Source: Eledone cirrhosa | Lineage: Eukaryota | DNA length: 64,000 nt | Direction: 5' to 3' | NCBI GenBank assembly: GCA_964016885.1 | Contig: CAXHJY010000096.1 | Span: 2,480,001-2,544,000 of the forward strand | Shown here: positions 42,201 to 53,440 of the stretch, one piece after another | Layout of the letters: each line of letters starts with the position of its first letter | Numbering within the stretch: the stretch's first letter is position 1 | The notes under the pieces: generated by a model | The model's database searches: none | Told to the model about the DNA's origin: nothing | The model's input: only the letters and a program-made list of their open reading frames with translations | Position numbers and translations under genes: made by a program

Positions 42201-45200
42201 AGCCGTCCAAGGAGAGGTAATTTCTAGCCGTCCAAGGGGAGATAAATTCCAGCCTCCAAGGGGAGATAATTTCCAGCCAGCCAAGGGGAGATAATTTGTA
42301 AAAAAATCAGGGGGAGATAATTTGTAAAAAAAATCAGGGGGAGATAATTTGTAAAAAAAAATCAGGGGGAGATAATTTGTAAAAAAAAATCAGGGTGAGA
42401 TAATTTGCAAAAAAAATCAGGGGGAGATAATTTGTAAAAAAAAATCAGGGGTAGATAATTTGTAAAAAAAAATCAGGGGGAGATAATTTGTAAAAAAAAA
42501 TCAGGGGGAGATAATTTGTAAAAAAAATCAAGGGGAGATAATTTCCAGCCGTCCAAGAAGAGATAATTTAAAAAAAAATCAGGCGGAGATAATTTGTAAA
42601 AAAAAATCAGGGGGAGATAATTTGTAAAAAAAATCAGGGGGAGATAATTTGTAAAAAAAAATCAGGGGTAGATAATTTGTAAAAAAAAATCAGGGGGAGA
42701 TAATTTGTAAAAAAAAATCAGGAGGAGATAATTTGTAAAAAAAATCAAGGGGAGATAATTTCCAGCCGTCCAAGGAGAGATAATTTAAAAAAAAATCAGG
42801 CGGAGATAATTTGTAAAAAAAAATCAGGGGGAGATAATTTGTAAAAAAAAATCAGGGGGAGATAATTTGTAAAAAAAATCAAGGGGAGATAATTTCCAGC
42901 CGTCCAAGGGGAGATAATTTTCAGCCGTCCAAGGGGAGATAATTTCCCGCCAGCCAAGGGAAGATAATATTCAAAAAAATCAGGCGGAGATAATTTGTAA
43001 AAAAAATCAGGGGGAGATAATTTGTAAAAAAATCAGGGGGAGATAATTTGTAAAAAAAAAATCAGGGGGAGATAATTTGTAAAAAAAATCAGGGGGAGAT
43101 AATTTGTAAAAAAAATCAGGGGTAGATAATTTGTAAAAAAAAATCAGGGGGAGATAATTTGTAAAAAAAAATCAGGGGGAGATAATTTGTAAAAAAAATG
43201 AAAGGGGAGATAATATCCAGCCGTCCAAGGGGAGATAATTTCCAGCCGTCCAAGGGGAGATAATTTCCAGCCGTCCAAGGGGAGATAATTTCCATCCTTC
43301 CAAGGGGATATAATTTCCAGCCGTCCAAGGGGAGATAATTTCCATCCTTCCAAGGGGATATAATTTCCAGCCGTCCAAGGGGAGATAATTTTCAGCCGTC
43401 CAAGGAGAGGTAATTTCTAGCCGTCCAAGGAGAGATAATTTCCAGCCGTCCAAGGGGAGATAATTTCCAGCCGTCCAAGGGGAGATAATTTCCAGCCGTC
43501 CAAGGAGACATATTTTCCAGCCGTCCAAGGAGAGGTAATTCCTAGCCGTCCAAGGGGAGATAAATTCCAGCCTCCAAGGGGAGATAATTTCCAGCCAGCC
43601 AAGGGGAGATAATTTGTAAAAAAAATCAGGGGGAGATAATTTGTAAAAAAAATCAGGGGGAGATAATTTGTAAAAAAAAATCAGGGGTAGATAATTTGTA
43701 AAAAATAATCAGGGGGAGATAATTTGTAAAAAAAATCAAGGGGAGATAATTTCCAGCCGTCCAAGGGGAGATAATTTTCAGCCGTCCAAGGGGAGATAAT
43801 TTCCCGCCAGCCAAGGGAAGATAATATTTAAAAAAATTAGGCGGAGATAATTTGTAAAAAAAATCAGGGGGAGATAATTTGTAAAAAAATCAGGGGGAGA
43901 TAATTTGTAAAAAAAATCAGGGGGAGATAATTTGTAAAAAAAATCAGGGGGAGATAATTTGTAAAAAAAAATCAGGGGGAGATAATTTGTAAAAAAAATC
44001 AAGGGGAGATAATTTCCAGCCGTCCAAGGGAAGATAATTTCCAGCCCTCCAAGGGGCTATAATTTCCAGCGTCCAAGGGGAGATAATTTCCAGCCAGCGA
44101 AGGGGAGATAATTTTTTTTAAAAAATCATTGGGAGATTTGTAAAAAAAATCAGGGGGAGATAATTTGTAAAAAAAATCAAGGGGAGATAATTTCCAGCCG
44201 TCCAAGGGGAGGTAATATCTAGCCGTCCAAGGGGAGATAATTTCCAGCCGTCCAAGTGGAGATAATTTCCAGCCGTCCAAGGGTAGATAATATCCAGCCG
44301 TCCAAGGACATATTTTCCAGCCGTCCAAGGAGAGGTAATTTCTAGCCGTCCAAGGGGAGATAAATTCCAGCCTCCAAGGTGAGATAATTTCCAGCCAGCC
44401 AAGGGGAGATAATTTGTAAAAAAATCAGGGGGAGATAATTTGTAAAAAAAATCAGGGGGAGATAATTTGTAAAAAAAAATCAGGGGGAGATAATTTGTAA
44501 AAAAAAATCAGGGGGAGATAATTTGTAAAAAAAAATCAGGGGGAGATAATTTGTAAAAAAATCAAGGGGAGATAATTTCCAGCCGTCCAAGGGGAGATAA
44601 TTTTCAGCCGTCCAAGGGGAGATAATTTCCCGCCAGCCAAGGGAAGATAATATTTGAAAAAATCAGGCGGAGATAATTTGTAAAAAAAATCAGGGGGAGA
44701 TAATTTGTAAAAAAATCAGGGGGAGATAATTTGTAAAAAAAAAATCAGGGGGAGATAATTTGTAAAAAGAATCAGGGGGAGATAATTTGTAAAAAAAAAT
44801 CAGGGGTAGATAAATTGTAAAAAAAAATCAGGGGGAGATAATTTGTAAAAAAAATCAGGGGGAGATAATTTGTAAAAAAAATGAAAGGGGAGATAATATC
44901 CAGCCGTCCAAGGGGAGATAATTTCCAGCCGTCCAAGGGGAGATAATTTCCAGCCGTCCAAGGGGAGATAATTTCCATCCTTCCAAGGGGATATAATTTC
45001 CAGCCGTCCAAGGGGAGATAATTTCCCGCCAGCCAAGGGAAGATAATTTTTAAAAAAATCAGGCGGAGATTGTAAAAAAAATCAGGGGGGAGATAATTTG
45101 TAAAAAAATCAGGGGGAGATAATTTGTAAAAAAAAATCAGGGGGAGATAATTTGTAAAAAATATTCAGGGGGAGATAATTTGTAAAAAAAATCAAGGGGA

Positions 45201-45650
45201 GATAATTTCCAGCCGTCCAAGGGGAGATAATTTCCCGCCAGCCAAGGGAAGATAATATTTAAAAAAATTAGGCGGAGATAATTTGTAAAAAAAATCAGGG
45301 GGAGATAATTTGTAAAAAAATCAGGGGGAGATAATTTGTAAAAAAAATCAGGGGGAGATAATTTGTAAAAAAATTCATGGGGAGATAATTTGTAAAAAAA
45401 AATCAGGGGTAGATAATTTGTAAAAAAAAATCAGGGGGAGATAATTTGTAAAAAAAAATCAGGGGGAGATAATTTGTAAAAAAAATCAAGGGGAGATAAT
45501 TTCCAGCCGTCCAAGGGGAGATAATTTTCAGCCGTCCAAGGAGAGGTAATTTCTAGCCGTCCAAGGGGAGATAATTTCCAGCCGTCCAAGGGGAGGTAAT
45601 TTCCAGCCGTCCAAGGGGAGATAATTTTAAAAAAAAAATCAGTCGGAGAT
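29550..45650 (+). repeat. Tandem higher-order duplication, period 8054 bp (two copies, junction near 37600)
   Basis: Constant offset 8054 for 29824/37878, 31139/39193, 33317/41371, 35062/43116, 36718/44772 and 37377/45431. Shared variants include AAACAAATATC, TCAGCGGGAG and AAAAAGAAATC. Confidence 0.93.
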
Positions 45651-48600
45651 AATTTGTAAAAAAAATCAAGGGGAGATAATTTGCAGCCGTCCAAGGGGAG
45701 ATAATTTTCAGTCGTCCAAGGAGAGGTAATTTCTAGCCGTCCAAGGGGAGATAATTGCCAGCCGTCCAAGGGGAGATAATTTCCAGCCGTCCAAGGGGAG
45801 ATAATTTTTTTTAAAAAATCAGGCGGAGATAATTTGTAAAAAAAATCAGGGGGAGATAATTTGTAAACAAAATCAGGGGGAGATAATTTGTAAAAAAAAA
45901 TCAGGGGGAGATAATTTGTAAAAAAAATCATGGAGAGATAATTTCCAGCCGTCCAAGGTGAGATAATTTCCAGCCGTCCAAGGAGACATATTTTCCAGCC
46001 GTCCAAGGCGAGGTAATTTCTAGCCGTCCAAGGGGAGATAAATTCCAGCCTCCAAGGGGAGATAATTTCCAGCTAGCCAAGTGGAGATAATTTGTAAAAA
46101 AATCAGGGGGAGATAATTTGTAAAAAATATCAGGGAGATAATTTGTAAAAAAAAATCAGGGGGAGATAATTTGTAAAAAAAATCAGGGGGAGATAATTTG
46201 TAAAAAAAAATCAGGGGGAGATAATTTGTAAAAAAAATCAAGGGGAGATAATTTCCAGCCGTCCAAGGGGAGATAATTTTCAGCCGTCCAAGGGGAGATA
46301 ATTTCCCGCCAGCCAAGGGAAGATAATATTTAAAAAAATCAGGCGGAGATAATTTGTAAAAAAAATCAGGGGGAGATAATTTGTAAAAAAATCAGGGGGA
46401 GATAATTTGTAAAAAAAAAATCAGGGGGAGATAATTTGTAAAAAAAATCAGGGGGAGATAATTTGTAAAAAAAAATCAGGGATAGATAATTTGTAAACAA
46501 AAATCAGGGGGAGATAATTTGTAAAAAAAAATCAGGGGGAGATAATTTGTAAAAAAAATGAAAGGGGAGATAATATCCAGCCGTCCAAGGGGAGATAATT
46601 TCCAGCCGTCCAAGGGGATATAATTTCCAGCCGTCCAAGGGGAGATAATTTCCATCCTTCCAAGGGGATATAATTTCCAGCCGTCCAAGGGGAGATAATT
46701 TCCCGCCAGCCAAGGGAAGATAATTTTTAAAAAAATCAGGCGGAGATTGTAAAAAAAATCAGGGGGGAGATAATTTGTAAAAAAATCAGGGGGAGATAAT
46801 TTGTAAAAAATAATCAGGGGGAGATAATTTGTAAAAAAATTCAAGGGGAGATAATTTCCAGCCGTCCAAGGGGAGATAATTTCCCGCCAGCCAAGGGAAG
46901 ATAATATTTAAAAAAATTAGGCGGAGATAATTTGTAAAAAAAATCAGGGGGAGATAATTTGTAAAAAAATCAGGGGGAGATAATTTGTAAAAAAAATCAG
47001 GGGGAGATAATTTGTAAAAAAAATCATGGGGAGATAATTTGTAAAAAAAAATCAGGGGTAGATAATTTGTAAAAAAAAATCAGGGGGAGATAATTTGTAA
47101 AAAAAAATCAGGGGGAGATAATTTGTAAAAAAAATCAAGGGGAGATAATATCCAGCCGTCCAAGGAGAGATAATTTAAAAAAAAAATGAGGCGGAGATAA
47201 TTTGTAAAAAAAAAATCAGGGGGAGTTAATTTGTAAAAAAAAATGAGGGGGAGATAATTTGTAAAAAAAATCAAGGGGAGATAATTTCCAGCCGTCCAAG
47301 GGGAGATAATTTTCAGCCGTCCAAGGAGAGGTAATTTCTAGCCGTCCAAGGGGAGATAATTTCCAGCCGTCCAAGGGGAGGTAATTTCCAGCCGTCCAAG
47401 GGGAGATAATTTTAAAAAAAAAATCAGGCGGAGATAATTTGTAAAAAAAATCAAGGGGAGATAATTTGCAGCCGTCCAAGGGGAGATAATTTTCAGTCGT
47501 CCAAGGAGAGGTAATTTCTAGCCGTCCAAGGGGAGATAATTTCCAGCCGTCCAAGGGGAGATAATTTCCAGCCGTCCAAGGGGAGATAATTTTTTTTAAA
47601 AAATCAGGCGGAGATAATTTGTAAAAAAAATCAGGGGGAGATAATTTGTAAACAAAATCAGGGGGAGATAATTTGTAAAAAAAAATCAGGGGGAGATAAT
47701 TTGTAAAAAAAATTAGGCGTAGATAATTTGTAAAAAAAAATCAGGGGGAGATAATTTGTAAAAAAAAATCAGGGGGAGATAATTTGTTTAAAAAATCAAG
47801 GGGAGATAATTTGCAGCCGTCCAAGGGGAGATAATTTTCAGCCGTCCAAGGAGAGGTAATTTCTAGCCGTTCAAGGGGAGATAATTTCCAGCCGTCCAAG
47901 GGGAGATAATTTCCAGCCGTCCAAGGGGAGATAATTTTTTTTAAAAAATCAGGCGGAGATAATTTGTAAAAAAAAATCAGGGGGAGATAATTCGTAAAAA
48001 AAAATCAGGGGGAGATAATTTGTAAAAAAAAATCAGGGGGAGATAATTTGTAAAAAAAATCAAGGGGAGATAATTTCCAGCCGTCCAAGGGGAGGTAATA
48101 TCTAGCCGTCCAAGGGGAGATAATTTCCAGCCGTCCAAGGGGAGATAATTTCCAGCCGTCCAAGGGGAGATAATTTCCAGCCGTCCAAGGAGACATATTT
48201 TCCAGCCGTCCAAGGCGAGGTAATTTCTAGCCGTCCAAGGGGAGATTAATTCCAGCCTCCAAGGGGAGATAATTTCCAGCCAGCCAAGGGGAGATAATTT
48301 GTAAAAAAATCAGGGGGAGATAATTTGTAAAAAATATCAGGGAGATAATTTGTAAAAAAAAATCAGGGGGAGATAATTTGTAAAAAAAATCAGGGGAAGA
48401 TAATTTGTAAAAAAAAATCAGGGGGAGATAATTTGTAAAAAAAATCAAGGGGAGATAATTTCCAGCCGTCCAAGGGGAGATAATTTTCAGCCGTCCAAGG
48501 AGAGGTAATTTCTAATCCGTCCGAGGAGAGATAATTTCCAGCCGTCCAAGGGGAGATAATTTCCAGCCGTCCAAGGGGAGATAATTTCCAGCCGTCCAAG

Positions 48601-49960
48601 GAGACATATTTTCCAGCCGTCCAAGGAGAGGTAATTTCTAGCCGTCCAAGGGGAGATAAATTCCAGCCTCCAAGGGGAGATAATTTCCAGCCAGCCAAGG
48701 GGAGATAATTTGTAAAAAAATCAGGGGGAGATAATTTGCAAAAAAAATCAGGGGGAGATAATTTGTAAAAAAAATCAGGGGGAGATAATTTGTAAAAAAT
48801 AATCAGGGGGAGATAATTTCCAGCCGTCCAAGGGAAGATAATTTCCAGCCCTCCAAGGGGCTATAATTTCCAGTGTCCAAGGGGAGATAATTTCCAGCCA
48901 GCGAAGGGGAGATAATTTTTTTTAAAAAATCATTGGGAGATTTGTAAAAAAAATCAGGGGGAGATAATTTGTAAAAAAAATCAAGGGGAGATAATTTCCA
49001 GCCGTCCAAGGGGAGGTAATATCTAGCCGTCCAAGGGTAGATAATTTCCAGCCGTCCAACGGGAGATAATTTCCAGCCGTCCAAGGGTAGATAATATCCA
49101 GCCGCCCAAGGACATATTTTCCAGCCGTCCAAGGAGAGGTAATTTCTAGCCGTCCAAGGGGAGATAATTTCCAGCCGTCCAAGGGTAGATAATATCCAGC
49201 CGTCCAAGGACATATTTTCCAGCCGTCCAAGGAGAGGTAATTTCTAGCCGTCCAAGGGGAGATAAATTCCAGCCTCCAAGGGGAGATAATTTCCAGCCAG
49301 CCAAGGGGAGATAATTTGTAAAAAAATCAGGGGGAGATAATTTGTAAAAAAAATCAGGGGGAGATAATTTGTAAAAAAAAATCAGGGGGAGATAATTTGT
49401 AAAAAAAAATCAGGGTGAGATAATTTGCAAAAAAAATCAGGGGGAGATAATTTGTAAAAAAAAATCAGGGGTAGATAATTTGTAAAAAAAAATCAGGGGG
49501 AGATAATTTGTAAAAAAAAATCAGGGGGAGATAATTTGTAAAAAAAATCAAGGGGAGATAATTTCCAGCCGTCCAAGGAGAGATAATTTAAAAAAAAATC
49601 AGGCGGAGATAATTTGTAAAAAAAAATCAGGGGGAGATAATTTGTAAAAAAAATCAGGGGGAGATAATTTGTAAAAAAAAATCAGGGGTAGATAATTTGT
49701 AAAAAAAAATCAGGGGGAGATAATTTGTAAAAAAAAATCAGGAGGAGATAATTTGTAAAAAAAATCAAGGGGAGATAATTTCCAGCCGTCCAAGGAGAGA
49801 TAATTTAAAAAAAATCAGGCGGAGATAATTTGTAAAAAAAAATCAGGTGGAGATAATTTGTAAAAAAAAATCAGGGGGAGATAATTTGTAAAAAAAATCA
49901 AGGGGAGATAATTTCCAGCCGTCCAAGGGGAGATAATTTTCAGCCGTCCAAGGGGAGATA
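41370..49960 (+). repeat. Non-adjacent ~8.6-kb copy of region ~1384-9975 (offset 39987-39988 bp)
   Basis: Offsets 1384/41371, 4785/44772, 6033/46020, 7990/47977 and 8815/48803. Variants TCAGTCGGAG (~5652/~45639), CAGCTAGCC (~6083/~46070) and AGGGATAG (~6491/~46478) were seen only in these two places. Confidence 0.88.
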
Positions 49961-50849
49961 ATTTCCAGCCAGCGAAGGGGAGATAATTTTTTTTAAAAAA
50001 TCAGGGGGAGATAATTTGTAAAAAAAATCAAGGGGAGATAATTTCCAGCCGTCCAAGGGGAGGTAATATCTAGCCGTCCAAGGGGAGATAATTTCCAGCC
50101 GTCCAAGGGGAGATAATTTCCAGCCGTCCCAGGGTAGATAATATCCAGCCGCCCAAGGACATATTTTCCAGCCGTCCAAGGAGAGGTAATTTCTAGCCGT
50201 CCAAGGGGAGATAAATTCCAGCCTCCAAGGGGAGATAATTTCCAGCCAGCCAAGGGGAGATAATTTGTAAAAAAATCAGGCGGAGATAATTTGTAAAAAA
50301 ATCAGGGGGAGATAATTTGTAAAAAAAAATCAGGGGGAGATAATTTGTAAAAAAAAATCAGGGGGAGATAATTTGCAAAAAAAATCAGGGGGAGATAATT
50401 TGTAAAAAAAAATCAGGGGTAGATAATTTGTAAAAAAAAATCAGGGGGTGATAATTTGTAAAAAAAAATCAGGGGGAGATAATTTGTAAAAAAAATCAAG
50501 GGGAGATAATTTCCAGCCGTCCAAGGAGAGATAATTTTAAAAAAAATCAGGCGGAGATAATTTGTAAAAAAAAATCAGGGGGAGATAATTTGTAAAAAAA
50601 ATCAGGGGGAGATAATTTGTAAAAAAAAATCAGGGGTAGATAATTTGTAAAAAAAAATCAGGGGGAGATAATTTGTAAAAAAAAATCAGGGGGAGATAAT
50701 TTGTAAATAAAATCAAGGGGAGATAATTTCCAGCCGTCCAAGGAGAGATAATTTTAAAAAAAATCAGGCGGAGATAATTTGTAAAAAAAAATTAGGGGGA
50801 GATAATTTGTAAAAAAAAATCAGGGGGAGATAATTTGTAAAAAAAATCA

Positions 50850-53440
50850 AGGGGAGATAATTTCCAGCCGTCCAAGGGGAGATAATTTTCAGCCGTCCAA
50901 GGGGAGATAATTTCCCGCCAGCCAAGGGAAGATAATATTCAAAAAAATCAGGCGGAGATAATTTGTAAAAAAAATCAGGGGGAGATAATTTGTAAAAAAA
51001 TCAGGGGGAGATAATTTGTAAAAAAAAAAATCAGGGGGAGATAATTTGTAAAAAAAATCAGGGGGAGATAATTTGTAAAAAAAAATCAGGGGTAGATAAT
51101 TTGTAAAAAAAAATCAGGGGGAGATAATTTGTAAAAAAAAATCAGGGGGAGATAATTTGTAAAAAAAATGAAAGGGGAGATAATATCCAGCCGTCCAAGG
51201 GGAGATAATTTCCAGCCGTCCAAGGGGAGATAATTTCCAGCCGTCCAAGGGGAGATAATTTCCATCCTTCCAAGGGGATATAATTTCCAGCCGTCCAAGG
51301 GGAGATAATTTCCATCCTTCCAAGGGGATATAATTTCCAGCCGTCCAAGGGGAGATAATTTTCAGCCGTCCAAGGAGAGGTAATTTCTAGCCGTCCAAGG
51401 AGAGATAATTTCCAGCCGTCCAAGGGGAGATAATTTCCAGCCGTCCAAGGGGAGATAATTTCCAGCCGTCCAAGGAGACATATTTTCCAGCCGTCCAAGG
51501 AGAGGTAATTCCTAGCCGTCCAAGGGGAGATAAATTCCAGCCTCCAAGGGGAGATAATTTCCAGCCAGCCAAGGGGAGATAATTTGTAAAAAAAATCAGG
51601 GGGAGATAATTTGTAAAAAAAATCAGGGGGAGATAATTTGTAAAAAAAAATCAGGGGGAGATAATTTGTAAAAAATAATCAGGGGGAGATAATTTGTAAA
51701 AAAAATCAAGGGGAGATAATTTCCAGCCGTCCAAGGGGAGATAATTTTCAGCCGTCCAAGGGGAGATAATTTCCCGCCAGCCAAGGGAAGATAATATTTA
51801 AAAAAATTAGGCGGAGATAATTTGTAAAAAAAATCAGGGGGAGATAATTTGTAAAAAAATCAGGGGGAGATAATTTGTAAAAAAAATCAGGGGGAGATAA
51901 TTTGTAAAAAAAATCAGGGGGAGATAATTTGTAAAAAAAAATCAGGGGGAGATAATTTGTAAAAAAAATCAAGGGGAGATAATTTCCAGCCGTCCAAGGG
52001 AAGATAATTTCCAGCCCTCCAAGGGGCTATAATTTCCAGCGTCCAAGGGGAGATAATTTCCAGCCAGCGAAGGGGAGATAATTTTTTTTAAAAAATCATT
52101 GGGAGATTTGTAAAAAAAATCAGGGGGAGATAATTTGTAAAAAAAATCAAGGGGAGATAATTTCCAGCCGTCCAAGGGGAGGTAATATCTAGCCGTCCAA
52201 GGGGAGATAATTTCCAGCCGTCCAAGGGGAGATAATTTCCAGCCGTCCAAGGGTAGATAATATCCAGCCGTCCAAGGACATATTTTCCAGCCGTCCAAGG
52301 AGAGGTAATTTCTAGCCGTCCAAGGGGAGATAAATTCCAGCCTCCAAGGTGAGATAATTTCCAGCCAGCCAAGGGGAGATAATTTGTAAAAAAATCAGGG
52401 GGAGATAATTTGTAAAAAAAATCAGGGGGAGATAATTTGTAAAAAAAAATCAGGGGGAGATAATTTGTAAAAAAAAATCAGGGGGAGATAATTTGTAAAA
52501 AAAAATCAGGGGGAGATAATTTGTAAAAAAATCAAGGGGAGATAATTTCCAGCCGTCCAAGGGGAGATAATTTTCAGCCGTCCAAGGGGAGATAATTTCC
52601 CGCCAGCCAAGGGAAGATAATATTTGAAAAAATCAGGCGGAGATAATTTGTAAAAAAAATCAGGATGAGATAATTTGTAAAAAAATCAGGGGGAGATAAT
52701 TTGTAAAAAAAAAATCAGGGGGAGATAATTTGTAAAAAGAATCAGGGGGAGATAATTTGTAAAAAAAAATCAGGGGTAGATAAATTGTAAAAAAAAATCA
52801 GGGGGAGATAATTTGTAAAAAAAATCAGGGGGAGATAATTTGTAAAAAAAATGAAAGGGGAGATAATATCCAGCCGTCCAAGGGGAGATAATTTCCAGCC
52901 GTCCAAGGGGAGATAATTTCCAGCCGTCCAAGGGGAGATAATTTCCATCCTTCCAAGGGGATATAATTTCCAGCCGTCCAAGGGGAGATAATTTCCCGCC
53001 AGCCAAGGGAAGATAATTTTTAAAAAAATCAGGCGGAGATTGTAAAAAAAATCAGGGGGGAGATAATTTGTAAAAAAATCAGGGGGAGATAATTTGTAAA
53101 AAAAAATCAGGGGGAGATAATTTGTAAAAAATATTCAGGGGGAGATAATTTGTAAAAAAAAATCAAGGGGAGATAATTTTCAGCCGTCCAAGGGGAGATA
53201 ATTTCCCGCCAGCCAAGGGAAGATAATATTTAAAAAAATTAGGCGGAGATAATTTGTAAAAAAAATCAGGGGGAGATAATTTGTAAAAAAATCAGGGGGA
53301 GATAATTTGTAAAAAAAATCAGGGGGAGATAATTTGTAAAAAAATTCATGGGGAGATAATTTGTAAAAAAAAATCAAGGGTAGATAATTTGTAAAAAAAA
53401 ATCAGGGGGAGATAATTTGTAAAAAAAAATCAGGGGGAGA
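50850..53440 (+). repeat. Further copy of the ~2.9-5.5 kb / ~9.9-12.5 kb segment of the 7019-bp unit (offsets 47957 / 40938)
   Basis: ORF-track offsets 3129/51086 and 4785/52742 (47957); 10148/51086 and 11804/52742 (40938). Shared variants TATTTGAAAAAATC and AAAAAGAATC. Confidence 0.8.

Noticed and set aside
48505-48530. 1-bp insertion (TCTAATCCGTCCGAGG) extending an ORF to 102 aa
   Set aside because: It is a single private indel or consensus error in non-coding repeat; the longer ORF has no significance.
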